A stretch of 64,000 bases of DNA from Longimicrobiales bacterium (GTDB lineage Bacteria > Gemmatimonadota > Gemmatimonadetes > Longimicrobiales > Gaopeijiaceae): positions 11,709 through 75,708 of the forward strand of contig CBDANQ010000040.1 of assembly GCA_965197725.1 (NCBI GenBank). Direction: 5' to 3'. Both the position numbers and the translations under genes were made by a program. Numbering within the stretch: position 1 is the first letter of the stretch; each line of letters opens with the position of its first letter. Shown here one piece after another: positions 40,173 through 50,638 of this stretch. The notes beneath the pieces are model-generated. The model did not search any database and was not told the DNA's origin. It saw only the letters and a list, made by a program, of their open reading frames with translations.

Positions 40173-40524
40173 TGGAGGCGGCGGGAGTCGAACCCGCGTC
40201 CGCACTTGGGTCCAGCAGAGTCTCTACGTGCGTAGATCACTGGTTTGTCTCACCTCGGGCGGTCAGTGATCAACCGACCCCGCGGCCAGTCGCCTGAAAA
40301 TCTCATCCCCCGGCCCGGCGGCGAAACCGGGGGACCAGCTCGACTTATCGTCGCCTCAAGGACCGCCTCGAGCGGGCGATCAGGGAGACGGGCACGTAAG
40401 AAAGCTTACGCAGCCAGCGCCAGGTTGTCGTTGGCAGCTAAGAGTGTTCCCGAAGATTTACGAGGATCAGGACCTCGGCACGCTACTCCGCGTTCACCAA
40501 ACACGTCGAAACCGGGACGCCCCC
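40173..40524 (-). ncRNA. ssrA: tmRNA
   Basis: 5' GGGGGCG..TTCGAC; 3' T arm GCGGGTTCGACTCCCGC and CGCCTCCA with a G3:U pair; tag ORF ANDNLALAA*. Confidence 0.97.
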
Positions 40525-40622
40525 GATGATGCGGATGGTCTGTCAAACAGCCTGTGAGTGAAAACTACGCGAAATGCGGGGGTTCGGTCCACCCGCGGGC
40601 GCGGCTCCAGTGGTTGCGCGGC

Positions 40623-41621
40623 CTATACCAGAGCTTCGGCCCTATGCTCAGCGAGGTAGCCCTCGAGCAGTATCTCGACGTTCTCGAGCGTGCTCGCTTG
40701 GAAGAGCTCGGTGCGGAGTTGTCTGCCGTCCGGCAGCCCTTTGGTATACCAGCCGAGGTGTTTTCGGAAGTCGATGATCGCCCGTTCGGGGTTCCGCTCG
40801 AAGGCGATCGCGTTCTGCGCGTGTTCGAGGCAGATCTCGAAGCGCTCTTCGATATCCGGATCGCTTGGGATGGGGTCTCCGTCCAGCGCCGCGCGAGCCT
40901 GTGAGAAGAGCCAGGGATCTCCGTGTGACCCCCTGGCGATCATGATTCCGGCGCATTCGGTTTCGTCACGCATGCGTCGAGCGTCGTCGCCTGTTCGGAT
41001 ATCGCCGTTCCCGATCACCGGGATCTCGAGCGCCTCGGCGACCGCACGGATCTCATCCCAGCGCGCCTCGCCGCTGTACATGTCGGTGCGCGTCCGCGGG
41101 TGAATGCACAACGCCCGTGCGCCGGCGTCCTGACAGCGGAGGCCGATGGCGACGGGATCCCGCGTCCGCTCGTCGAAACCGCTGCGGATCTTGACCGTCG
41201 TGGGCAGTGACGTGGCGTCGTCGACGGCTCGGACCAGAGTCTCGATCAGATCGAGGTCCCTCAAGCAGCCCGAGCCACCGTTTCGCTTCACGACCTTCTT
41301 CACCGGGCACCCGAAGTTGATGTCGATGAAGTCCGGGCCGTACGTCTCGGCAACGAATGCGGCTGCGTCACGCATCATGGCGGGATCGGAGCCGAAGATT
41401 TGGATCCCGATGGGGCGCTCTTCCTCGTCGAAGCGCAGATAGTCGCGCGACCGCGGGGACCGCATGACGATGCCTGCCGCGCTCACGAACTCGCTCACCA
41501 CGACATCCGCCCCGTACCGACGGCAGAGCCGGCGAAACGGGGACTCGCTCACGCCGGCCTGGGGCGCGAGGTATAGGGGCGTGTCGGAGCCGCTCAGTAG
41601 GGCGACAACGTCGGTAGACAT
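40623..41621 (-). CDS. dusB: tRNA-dihydrouridine synthase B
   Basis: LAPQAG, IDINFGCP, TVKIRSG, IPVIGNGDI, RKHLGWY. Confidence 0.95.
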   Translation of the reverse strand: MSTDVVALLSGSDTPLYLAPQAGVSESPFRRLCRRYGADVVVSEFVSAAGIVMRSPRSRDYLRFDEEERPIGIQIFGSDPAMMRDAAAFVAETYGPDFIDINFGCPVKKVVKRNGGSGCLRDLDLIETLVRAVDDATSLPTTVKIRSGFDERTRDPVAIGLRCQDAGARALCIHPRTRTDMYSGEARWDEIRAVAEALEIPVIGNGDIRTGDDARRMRDETECAGIMIARGSHGDPWLFSQARAALDGDPIPSDPDIEERFEICLEHAQNAIAFERNPERAIIDFRKHLGWYTKGLPDGRQLRTELFQASTLENVEILLEGYLAEHRAEALV

Positions 41622-41753
41622 GATTCGAAGCTATCCCTAGCACCGGCCCAGGTGAAGCTGCTGGTCGCTCGGGGATGACGCACCCGCCAGCATGCGGTTA
41701 TTGTCTCGCTCCTCTGTAGGATGCGGCACCGCATCGAGATTCGGAGGCGATGG

Positions 41754-42206
41754 ATGCGTTTGAAGGAGCTCTTCACGTCGGATGTCGTGAAGCTCGACCT
41801 GGAATCCCAGAGCAAGGACGATTTGCTCAAGGAGCTGGTGAGCCTGCTCGCGCTCGACGAGAAGTCCGCGGCGATCTTGTTCAAGACCCTCAAGCGGCGC
41901 GAGAACCTCGGCTCGACGGGCATCGGAAAGGGCATCGCGATTCCCCACTGTCGCACCCTCGTGGTCAATCGCTTACGCCTCGCCTATGGACGAAAGCCCG
42001 GTGGCGTCGACTTCAACGCGATCGACGGCGAGCCGGTCTACAACTTCTTCCTGATCATCGCCCCGCCGCTCGAAGTCTCGAACCAGTACCTACCGGTACT
42101 CGGGAAGATCGCGCAGTTCGCCAAGGACGCTGCTGTGCCGGGCGACCTTGGAGAGCTCACCGAGCCCGAAGAGTTCCTTGCGCTTCTCGCCGAAAAGGCA
42201 TCGTAG
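41754..42206 (+). CDS. PTS IIA component (fructose/nitrogen-regulatory type)
   Basis: RENLGSTGIGKGIAIPH; GGAGG RBS before ATG 41754. Confidence 0.92.
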   Translation: MRLKELFTSDVVKLDLESQSKDDLLKELVSLLALDEKSAAILFKTLKRRENLGSTGIGKGIAIPHCRTLVVNRLRLAYGRKPGGVDFNAIDGEPVYNFFLIIAPPLEVSNQYLPVLGKIAQFAKDAAVPGDLGELTEPEEFLALLAEKAS

Positions 42207-42223
42207 GCGGCAGCCGTTCGTTC

Positions 42224-42670
42224 CTACTTCAGCACGGATATCTTTATAAAATCGCGGATGCCGTTCACCGTGAGCTGTACGAAGTAGATGCCGGAGGCGA
42301 CCTGGCGGCCCGACTGATCGGTCCCGTCCCAGAACGCTTCGTAGGTACCGGGAAGAGCGTACTCGAGCTGGATGAGCTCAACGCCTGCGCCCGAGGAGTG
42401 ACCGAGAGCGACCGGGGTGGCTACGAGCTGCTCGAGCAGGTTGAAGATGCGTAGGGACACAACGGCGGGACGCCCGTCCACGAACAATCCCTCCTCTAGA
42501 ACGAAGGGTATCGTCGTTTCCGGGTTGAACGGATTGGGATAGTTCTGCTGTAGTTCGAAGCCACCCGCCTGACCAGACGACGCGGGAGGCCCAAGCTCCT
42601 GGGCGGATACGGCCTCAGCCGCGACGAAAAAGGAGAGGAGGACGAACAAGACGCCGACAATGCGTCTCAT
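42224..42670 (-). CDS. Small secreted protein with a FlgD-Ig/secretion-tail-like domain
   Basis: Signal peptide; FELQQNYPNPFNPETTI..WDGTDQSGRQVASGIYFVQL. Confidence 0.85.
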   Translation of the reverse strand: MRRIVGVLFVLLSFFVAAEAVSAQELGPPASSGQAGGFELQQNYPNPFNPETTIPFVLEEGLFVDGRPAVVSLRIFNLLEQLVATPVALGHSSGAGVELIQLEYALPGTYEAFWDGTDQSGRQVASGIYFVQLTVNGIRDFIKISVLK

Positions 42671-42879
42671 GGATTCCTCCGCACGTTAGATGTGCTGTAG
42701 CCTAGGGTCAATCGCACTCCATGCATGGTTCACGAGCCGCGCACACACACGACTCGTATCATACCGTCTCAGGCTCCCGCGGGTCAAGCAAAACGCCCGT
42801 TTTCCGTGGAATAACCTGAGCAAACCAACTCTGTGTTACCGTGGCGGGCCGTTTTTGTTGCCTACCCGCAGAAACGGCC

Positions 42880-44775
42880 TTAGGCGAGCACGCTTCGCCC
42901 TTCGTCGCTCCTCATTGTGACACCCAGGCCGTCCAAGTGGTTGAGCAACGGAATGAGGTGCTTTCGGGTCACTGGCAGCGCGTTCCGGAAGGCAGTCGGT
43001 CCGAGACCGGCCTGCCCGCCGAGCATCTCGCGCACCGCGGCGATCCCCTTCTCGAGCTCGGTAGTGCTCACGTAGTATCCGTCGGCGACCGGGCTGACGA
43101 CCCCCTCTCCCTCGAGGAACTTCAAAAGCGACCACAGGTCGCCTCGGCCCTTGAGTGATGCCGGGAACTCGTCCACGAATGGTGGAGCGAGGCCTGCCGC
43201 CGCGAGCAACGCTCGGACTTCGTTCGCGGCCGCCTCCTGGTCTCGCGTCAGGGTCACCACATGTCCGGGCAAGCGGACGCCGCCATCGGCCGTTTCCAAC
43301 ACGCTTCGCTCGCAGAGCCTGGCGATCGTGGCATCGGCCAGGCAAGTCGCCGCCCACTCCGGTAGAGCCGTGCGCACGGCGGCGAGTGAGACGGCTGGAC
43401 GCAGCGGGTCCGTGGCCTGCGCAGCGGTGACCGCCGCCACGATACGGTCATCGGCCTGGGCGGCGATTTGTGCGGAGAAGAGGCGGCCACCCGTTCCCGG
43501 ATCACCCTGAGTTTCGAGTTCGTCCAAGATCGGGCCCAGCTCGTCGACGGCGAGGCCAGTCGATACGGGGAACTTCGCTACCTCTGCACCGTGCCACCCG
43601 GCCAAGTCCAGAAGTGCACGAACACGCGCCCGCGCGTCGCCCTCCAGCACACTCTCGAGCCCCGCTCGAACGGTGTCGTCGATGTGATTTCTCTTGGGCG
43701 GCGTCGCCTCCGCGATCAGCCCGCCCCCGATCGTAGCAACCGGGGAGTACGCCCGGAGCACGAGCCGGTCGTGTGCTCGGGCGACGACGGGCTCCTCGAG
43801 TCTCAATTGCACCCACCCTGCTCTGCCGGCCCGGATCGTCTCGGCCTCGAGCAACGCGCAGCGGGCCATGACCTCCGCCGTTCCGACGTGAACACGGACT
43901 CGCTGGTTGTGCTCGAGGCTCCAGGCCGTGTCCGCGAGCATCCTGACGCGAGCGGTGAGCATCCACGTCGGTGACCATGCCGAGTCCGACACGAGCGTCG
44001 CGCCTCGTCCCACAGCGGTGCGGTCCGCTCCTTCGCCGGTCAACGATATCGCGGTCCGGTCGCCAGCCGTCGCTTGCTCGACTTCCCGACCGTGCACCTG
44101 CACGCCACGGACCCGCGCCTCGAGGTCGTCTGGGAGGATGCGCACCCGGTCCCCCTTGCCCAAAGTGCCGCTCCAGAGCGTTCCGGTAGCTACCGTGCCG
44201 GTGCCCTGGATGGTGAAGACACGATCCAGCGGCAGTCGGACCAGGTCTCGGCCCGCGGACTTCTGTACTGCCCCCGCGGCGAGCGCCAAGGCCTCCCTGA
44301 GCTCGTCCATTCCGATCGCCGCCCGAGCGGACGTAGGCACTGACAGCGCTCCACGATACGGCGTCGGCTCGAGAAGGTCTTGAACCTCCGAGCGCACCAA
44401 TTCCAGCCACTCTTCGTCTACCAGGTCGCACTTCGTGAGTGCGACGACGAGCTGCCGCACGCCCAGAAGCTCCACGATCGCAAGGTGCTCCCTGGTTTGC
44501 GGCATGACTCCTTCATCGGATGCGACGACGAGCAGAACGAGGTCCATGCCCGCCGCTCCGGCGACCATCGCACGTACGAACGCTTCATGTCCGGGCACGT
44601 CAACGACACCCAGGCGGGCTTGCGGCAGAACCCACTCGGCGAAGCCGAGCTCGATCGTGATGCCGCGGGCCTTCTCCTCCTTCAGCCGGTCGGTATCGAC
44701 GCCGGTGAGCGCGTGCACGAGCGTGGTCTTGCCGTGGTCGACGTGTCCAGCCGTACCGAGGATGAGCCGCTTCAC
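42880..44775 (-). CDS. selB: Selenocysteine-specific elongation factor
   Basis: GTAGHVDHGKT, DRLKEEKARGITIELGF, DVPGHE; C-terminal winged helix TRKHLIPLL. Confidence 0.95.
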   Translation of the reverse strand: MKRLILGTAGHVDHGKTTLVHALTGVDTDRLKEEKARGITIELGFAEWVLPQARLGVVDVPGHEAFVRAMVAGAAGMDLVLLVVASDEGVMPQTREHLAIVELLGVRQLVVALTKCDLVDEEWLELVRSEVQDLLEPTPYRGALSVPTSARAAIGMDELREALALAAGAVQKSAGRDLVRLPLDRVFTIQGTGTVATGTLWSGTLGKGDRVRILPDDLEARVRGVQVHGREVEQATAGDRTAISLTGEGADRTAVGRGATLVSDSAWSPTWMLTARVRMLADTAWSLEHNQRVRVHVGTAEVMARCALLEAETIRAGRAGWVQLRLEEPVVARAHDRLVLRAYSPVATIGGGLIAEATPPKRNHIDDTVRAGLESVLEGDARARVRALLDLAGWHGAEVAKFPVSTGLAVDELGPILDELETQGDPGTGGRLFSAQIAAQADDRIVAAVTAAQATDPLRPAVSLAAVRTALPEWAATCLADATIARLCERSVLETADGGVRLPGHVVTLTRDQEAAANEVRALLAAAGLAPPFVDEFPASLKGRGDLWSLLKFLEGEGVVSPVADGYYVSTTELEKGIAAVREMLGGQAGLGPTAFRNALPVTRKHLIPLLNHLDGLGVTMRSDEGRSVLA

Positions 44776-45533
44776 GCACCGACCCCCTCATCCGGGGGGA
44801 GGAGTCCACCCAGGAAGCGGAGGGACTTGAGCGGTTTGGACACGACGTGATACGCCACGAAGTCGGAAAGCACGCCAAGGTGTCGGCGTGCGTACGTGAA
44901 CTCCGTGTCGAGCTCGGACGCGAGCAGGTTCGCGATCTGATCGCGCGCGATGGGTCCGATGCGCGGCCCCGTGGCATCCTCGGCGCATCGGGCGCAGCGA
45001 ACTCCACCGGACGCGAAGTCGAAACGCCCCACCTCGTCGTCCCCGAGCGGTGAGCCGCAGCGCACGCACGGATCGAGTTGGGGAGCGAACCCGAAGGCCT
45101 CCGTGATGCGCCAAACAGCAGAGAGCGCCGCTGCCGGCACCTGGGCGGGCTCGATCGATTCCAGAGTGTCGAGTCCCTCTTCGAGCGTACGGAGCAAATC
45201 GGGATTTCGCTCCTGGTCGGCGTGGGCAAGGACCAGCTCGGCAGTCGCGGAAGCCCCGGCAAAGCGCAGCACGTCGAGCCCGAGTCCATCTCTCATCCGT
45301 GTGCAGTCGAAGTCCTTCATTGTCTGCAGGTCACGGTGTGGCTTTATGTATGCCGTGAGGGTTCCGGTCGCGAACGTGGCAAGTGCGGTGGCGCCCTTTC
45401 CGCTGCGGGTACGAACCCCCCGAGCCATCACGCTCAGCAGTCCCTGGGCCTCGGTGTAGAAGCGGAGGATGCGACTGGTGTCACCGTAGTCGTGGGATCG
45501 CAGCAGCACCGCGGGGGTGCTGAGGGGGGCCAC
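44772..45533 (-). CDS. recO: DNA repair protein RecO
   Basis: LLRSHDYGDTSRIL, ARGVR, CxxC...CxxC zinc motif. Confidence 0.93.
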   Translation of the reverse strand: MAPLSTPAVLLRSHDYGDTSRILRFYTEAQGLLSVMARGVRTRSGKGATALATFATGTLTAYIKPHRDLQTMKDFDCTRMRDGLGLDVLRFAGASATAELVLAHADQERNPDLLRTLEEGLDTLESIEPAQVPAAALSAVWRITEAFGFAPQLDPCVRCGSPLGDDEVGRFDFASGGVRCARCAEDATGPRIGPIARDQIANLLASELDTEFTYARRHLGVLSDFVAYHVVSKPLKSLRFLGGLLPPDEGVGA

Positions 45534-46693
45534 TACGGCGCCCGACGAATGCGGCGAAGCAGCTCCGCGCGACGGCGCTCATACAGCGTGCGAGCGGCAG
45601 CGCTCGGATCCGCCTGGGCCTCGAAATCATCGTCGAGGCGCGCGACCTGGACGAGCAAGCCGTGCCGGTTCACGGCGGGTGAAACCGGTGTCTCGCCAGC
45701 CAAGGACAGACCGGTTCCCCGTAGCGCGAAGAGCCCCATGCCAGCGAGTAAGACCGCGAGCACGACCGCAACCGATTTCACCGGCGGCTGAGTCGGGGCA
45801 TCGATCGCGACCAGACGGATCGAAGCTAGATCGACCGATCGGCCGCTGTATCGTCGGTATGTCGAGCCCACCTCCAGCTCTACCCTCGTGAGGAAGCGCA
45901 GACCCTCGACGTCCATGAGCGGAGCGGGCTCTCGGATGAGCACCTCGAACTGGTCGATGACACCGGGAGTGGGTATCGCCGTGAACATGTCGTCGAGCAT
46001 GTACCGCACCACGAACATTCGGGAGCCGGGAGACATGGGGGCCCGGAGTACGAGGTCGCCGTCCTCGAGTTCGATGACGTCGGGGGCCACGTCACCCTCA
46101 ACAACCGCGAACTCAGCCGCGCCTGATGCGAGCGGGTACCTCCAGACGGCGCCCGTTTCCCGCGTCACCACCGTACGCGCACCGGTGTTGGTTAGCTGAA
46201 AGACATCCGTTATGAGCCAACGGTTCTCGACCGCTTCGAAGAACACCGTCCTGATCTCGATCTGCAGATCGACGCCCTGCTCTGGAGCCAGAAGCGTATC
46301 GTATGTTTGAATCGCGTACACGGAGTCGAGCTGATTCGCCGTGGTCACGATATTGCCGAAGTAGCTCACCCCCTCGCGTCGTATCGACGCGAAGAAGACG
46401 TCTCCACGATCGGGGTCGGGCACGTTCGGTAGGCGGAGCGAGAACGAACCGTCCGGCGCCACCTGGGCGGAGTCCACCTCACTTTGCGTCGTGTGGGTGA
46501 GGTGGTGCAGGACAACCGTGCCGCGTGTGAGCGCGGTATCGCCTAGGAGCGCACGACCGTTCAGGACGGGGTTGGCTTCGACCTGGGCAGAGATGGCCGC
46601 GGGAGCTGCGGAGGCTGAGAGCGCGACGAGGGAGGCGGCGAATGCGACTCGGAGCCGATTCGTGACCGAACCGTCAGGGCTTGAATCGCCCAA
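45533..46693 (-). CDS. Hypothetical exported, membrane-anchored protein
   Basis: Signal-like N-terminus, C-terminal TM and VARLDDDFE..YERRRAEL tail. In operon; start uncertain. Confidence 0.75.
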   Translation of the reverse strand: MGDSSPDGSVTNRLRVAFAASLVALSASAAPAAISAQVEANPVLNGRALLGDTALTRGTVVLHHLTHTTQSEVDSAQVAPDGSFSLRLPNVPDPDRGDVFFASIRREGVSYFGNIVTTANQLDSVYAIQTYDTLLAPEQGVDLQIEIRTVFFEAVENRWLITDVFQLTNTGARTVVTRETGAVWRYPLASGAAEFAVVEGDVAPDVIELEDGDLVLRAPMSPGSRMFVVRYMLDDMFTAIPTPGVIDQFEVLIREPAPLMDVEGLRFLTRVELEVGSTYRRYSGRSVDLASIRLVAIDAPTQPPVKSVAVVLAVLLAGMGLFALRGTGLSLAGETPVSPAVNRHGLLVQVARLDDDFEAQADPSAAARTLYERRRAELLRRIRRAP

Positions 46694-47204
46694 AGTCCTC
46701 GGGGTTGAGCCTGCGAAGGCGCTCCTCGAGGTTTTCCGCGCTCGTTTCCTGGACGATGTCGAGGGTGACCTCCCCGAACATCATCTCCCCGGCGCCCTCT
46801 TCTTCGGGGATTTCGAGTGTTGCGGCCTCGAGCAAGTCCTCGTTGGCAAAGATGCCGGCGGTGGCCCGAAGCGCGAGCGCGATGGAATCCGAAGGGCGCG
46901 CGTCCAGACTGAAGATTTCACCGTTCCGTCGGATGAGCAGTTCGGCGTAATAGGTGCGCTCCTCGACCTTTGTGATCACCACCTTCTGAAGACTGCCACC
47001 CAGGCCATGAAGAACCGAGCAAAGCAGGTCATGGGTCAGCGGTCGGGGAACCACCACCGCCTCCAGTTGCATGGCGATTGCGAGCGCCTCCGTCTCTCCG
47101 ATGTAGATGGGGAGGAACCGGTCGCCGTCCGTTTCCTTGAGGATGACCAACGCAATGTTGTCAGAGCGGAACCGCAATTCATCTACCCTGACTTCTACGA
47201 GCAC
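46674..47204 (-). CDS. Bifunctional nuclease family (DUF151)
   Basis: LPIYIGETEA, RPLTHDLL, DARPSDSIALA. Confidence 0.93.
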   Translation of the reverse strand: MLVEVRVDELRFRSDNIALVILKETDGDRFLPIYIGETEALAIAMQLEAVVVPRPLTHDLLCSVLHGLGGSLQKVVITKVEERTYYAELLIRRNGEIFSLDARPSDSIALALRATAGIFANEDLLEAATLEIPEEEGAGEMMFGEVTLDIVQETSAENLEERLRRLNPEDFGRFKP

Positions 47205-47337
47205 CTAAGATCCTCCGAAGTGAGGAAACCAGCAGGGCGCCCATGCCCGGCGGTTTCCACCAATACTCCAAAGCTCGCCTGGGGTTCTATTCGGCCGATC
47301 CGGCCGTCTGCGCAACGGCCTGCGCGAGTCGGGAGTG

Positions 47338-48516
47338 TCAGCCGCCCAGCGCCGTCCTGAGGTCGTCGGCGCGGTCCGTGATCTCCCACGGGAAGAACTG
47401 CACCTCCGGGCCGCCGGCGTCAGGTAGGCCGAGCTGGGGGTCTCGGCCGAAGTGGCCGTACGAGGCCGTCGCCGTGTAGATCGGCGACCTCAGCCCGAGT
47501 CGGTCGATGATCGCCACGGGCTTGAAATCGAAGACGTCCGAGACTGCGCGGCCCAATTCGGCCTCGGACACTTCGCCGGTACCGAACGTGTGCACGCGGA
47601 TCGAAACGGGCTCGGCGACGCCGATGGCGTACGCGAGTTGGATCTCGCAGCGCTGTGCGAGCTTCGCCGCCACCACGTTCTTGGCCGCCCACCGGGAGGC
47701 ATACGCCGCCGAGCGATCGACCTTGGTCGCGTCCTTGCCGGAGAACGCCCCACCGCCGTGTCGTCCGACCCCGCCGTACGTGTCGACGATAATCTTCCGG
47801 CCGGTGAGACCGGCGTCCCCGTGGGGCCCGCCGATCACGAAACGGCCCGTCGGATTGACGTGCATGATGCAGTCGTCGTCGAGTAGCTCTTCCGGTAGAA
47901 CCGGCTTCACGACCTTCGAGATGATCTGCTGCACGAGGTCGTCGTGGGCCACGTCCTCGTCATGCTGCGCGCTGACGACCACCGTGTGGATGCGAACGGG
48001 CGTATCGCCCTCGTACTCGACCGTGACCTGCGACTTGCCGTCGGGCCGGAGCCACGGCAGCTCCCCGTTCCGGCGCATTCGCGCCAACTGCCGGGTGATC
48101 GCATGTGCGTACTGGATCGTCGCCGGCATCAGTTGAGGCGTCTCGTCGGACGCGTAACCGAACATCATGCCCTGGTCACCCGCGCCGCCGGTATCTACGC
48201 CCATCGTGATATCTGGCGACTGCCGGTCGAGGTTGGTGAGCACCGCGCAGGTGAGGGAGTCGATGCCGAAGTTCGAGTTCGTATAACCGATTCTGTGCAG
48301 CGTGCCGCGCACCACGTCAGGCACGTGCACGTAGCAGTCGGTGGTGACTTCGCCGGCCACCATCGCGAGCCCGGTCGTCACGAGCGTTTCACACGCCACC
48401 CGCGACATCGGGTCCTGGACCAGAAGATGGTCCAGTACGGCGTCGGAGATCTGGTCGGCGATCTTGTCCGGGTGACCCTCGGTGACCGATTCCGACGTGA
48501 ACAGGGTGCGGCTCAA
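47338..48516 (-). CDS. metK: S-adenosylmethionine synthetase
   Basis: [28 protein letters not shown]. Confidence 0.98.
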   Translation of the reverse strand: MSRTLFTSESVTEGHPDKIADQISDAVLDHLLVQDPMSRVACETLVTTGLAMVAGEVTTDCYVHVPDVVRGTLHRIGYTNSNFGIDSLTCAVLTNLDRQSPDITMGVDTGGAGDQGMMFGYASDETPQLMPATIQYAHAITRQLARMRRNGELPWLRPDGKSQVTVEYEGDTPVRIHTVVVSAQHDEDVAHDDLVQQIISKVVKPVLPEELLDDDCIMHVNPTGRFVIGGPHGDAGLTGRKIIVDTYGGVGRHGGGAFSGKDATKVDRSAAYASRWAAKNVVAAKLAQRCEIQLAYAIGVAEPVSIRVHTFGTGEVSEAELGRAVSDVFDFKPVAIIDRLGLRSPIYTATASYGHFGRDPQLGLPDAGGPEVQFFPWEITDRADDLRTALGG

Positions 48517-48578
48517 GGTAGGCGCCTCGTTGGGGTCGCGTAGCGTGGCCCGCTAGCGGGGGTCCCAACGCTAGGCTA

Positions 48579-50357
48579 TCACTCGGGAAGCGACAAGCTC
48601 CAACGGCCCTGGAAGACCTTGAGATCGACGGAGTCCCCGATCCCCTCGACGAGACAGCGTGTCACGTCCGCGCTGGTCGGCGCCGCGAGCGCCTTGCGAG
48701 CAGCCTCGCGAGCGTCCTCCATGCGCACGGCGCGAATGACCTTCTTGATCTCCGAGAGCGACGGCCACGCCACGGAAAGCGCGGTGATATTGAGGCCGAG
48801 CAGCAGGAACGCCGCGAGCGGATTGGATGCCATCTCACCGCACACGCTGACCTCGATTCCCGCCGCGCGTCCGACCCTCGCGACCTGGTGCAGTTGTCGA
48901 ACAACCGCCGGATGGAACGGGTTGTACAGTTTCGCGAGTCGGGTATTGTTGCGGTCCACGGCGAGCGTGTACTGGATGAGATCGTTGGTGCCGATCGAGA
49001 AGAAGTCCGCGTCACGCGCGAGCTCCACGGCTTCGAGCGCAGCCGCGGGAGTCTCGATCATCACACCCAGCTTGTACCCGGCATTGAAGGGGATCCCGTC
49101 AGCCTCGAGCCGGGCCTCCTCTGCCCGAAGCAGCGCGCGCACCTGACGGATCTCGTCTACGTCGTTCACCAGAGGGAGCATCATGCGCACGTCGCCGTAC
49201 GCCGTCGCCCTCAGCAGCGCCCGAAGTTGGGTGCGGAACAGCTCTGGTTCGTCGAGGCAAACGCGGATCGCGCGCCATCCCAGGAACGGGTTCTCTTCCC
49301 GTGGCATGTGCAGGAACATCGGGAACTTGTCCCCCCCGAGATCGAACGTACGGATGTACACGGCACCCTCGGGAAACGCCTGCGCCGTCGCTTTGTACGC
49401 TTGGAATTGTTCTTCCTCCTCGGGCATCGTATTGCGTCCGATGACGAGGAACTCGGTGCGGAACAGCCCTACGCCGTCGGCTCCGTGCAGCCGCGCCTGC
49501 TCGGCTTCGACGGGTAGGTCTAGGTTGGCGCGCAGCTCGACGAACTGACCGTCCTTGGTCACCGATTCTTGCTTGGCGATGACCGCGATCTCGCCCTCCC
49601 ACGCTTCCAGCCGTCGCTGCCGCTGCCGGAAACGCTCCTGGTCGTGTTCGTCGGGGTCGAGGATGATCCGCCCGATCCGACCATCGACGATCGCGTGCTG
49701 ACCCTCGACGGCTCTCTTGGAAACATCGCCCAAGCCGACGACGGCTGGGATTTCCAAAGAGCGCGCGAGGATGACCCAGTGCGCGGTGCGGGTCCCCAGA
49801 TCAGTCGCGATGCCGAGTACCGCTGCCCTGTCGAGATGCACCGTCAGGCTCGGCGTAAGGTTCGGCGCGACGATGATCACGGACTCGTCGAGGCCTTCGA
49901 GATCGGTGGGGTCGTGATTCCCCAGGAGGCGGTGAAGCACCCGGATCATGAGATCTTCGAGGTCGTTCAACCGGTCGAGCACCATCGGATGGGAAGTGCG
50001 ACTCCACATCGCCTGCAGCTCGAGCATCCGCCACTCGAACGCCCTCTGCGCGTTCAGCCGATTCCCTCGGATGTATCGAACCGTGTCGTCCACCACCGCC
50101 GGGTCGTCGAGCATCAGGATCTGCGGATCGAAGATCCGGGCCTCAACCGACCCGAGTCGCGCCTCCGTCCTCTCCTTCATCTCGAATAGCCGAGCCTTCG
50201 CCCACTCCCGGGCCTGGTGGAATCGCTCGACTTCTTGAGGTGCATCGGCCTCTTCGAGGGTCTCGTGCGGCACGACTGGGACCCCCCAGTCGAGCACGAA
50301 GACGCGCCCGGAGCCGATCCCCTCGGACGCGGGGGAGCCGTCCAGGATGATCGACAT
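48579..50357 (-). CDS. ptsI: PTS enzyme I
   Basis: RTAHWVILARS, GLFRTEF, ENPFLGWRAIR, SIGTNDLIQY, VCGEMA. Confidence 0.97.
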   Translation of the reverse strand: MSIILDGSPASEGIGSGRVFVLDWGVPVVPHETLEEADAPQEVERFHQAREWAKARLFEMKERTEARLGSVEARIFDPQILMLDDPAVVDDTVRYIRGNRLNAQRAFEWRMLELQAMWSRTSHPMVLDRLNDLEDLMIRVLHRLLGNHDPTDLEGLDESVIIVAPNLTPSLTVHLDRAAVLGIATDLGTRTAHWVILARSLEIPAVVGLGDVSKRAVEGQHAIVDGRIGRIILDPDEHDQERFRQRQRRLEAWEGEIAVIAKQESVTKDGQFVELRANLDLPVEAEQARLHGADGVGLFRTEFLVIGRNTMPEEEEQFQAYKATAQAFPEGAVYIRTFDLGGDKFPMFLHMPREENPFLGWRAIRVCLDEPELFRTQLRALLRATAYGDVRMMLPLVNDVDEIRQVRALLRAEEARLEADGIPFNAGYKLGVMIETPAAALEAVELARDADFFSIGTNDLIQYTLAVDRNNTRLAKLYNPFHPAVVRQLHQVARVGRAAGIEVSVCGEMASNPLAAFLLLGLNITALSVAWPSLSEIKKVIRAVRMEDAREAARKALAAPTSADVTRCLVEGIGDSVDLKVFQGRWSLSLPE

Positions 50358-50638
50358 CAGTTCTCCTTGAAGCCGCGTCCGACGAGGTCGGCCAGAGCCT
50401 CGACCGCGTCTCCGGCATCGTCACCGCGGGCGGCGACTCGTAGGGTCGAGCCCTGCTCAGCCGCCAGCATGAGCACGCCCATGATGCTCTTTCCGTTCAC
50501 CTCCAGGCCGTCCTTCTCGACGGTGATGCGTGAGGCGAAGCTGCCTGCGAGCTTGACGAACTCGGCGGCGGGACGTGCGTGCATGCCAGCGCGGTTCACG
50601 ATCTCGATTGCTTGCTCGGCACGTGGGGCCTCGATCAC
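50357..50638 (-). CDS. ptsH: Phosphocarrier protein HPr
   Basis: GMHARPA and NGKSIMGV at the 3' end of ORF 50357-51049. GTG start overlaps the IID stop. Confidence 0.95.
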   Translation of the reverse strand: MIEAPRAEQAIEIVNRAGMHARPAAEFVKLAGSFASRITVEKDGLEVNGKSIMGVLMLAAEQGSTLRVAARGDDAGDAVEALADLVGRGFKEN

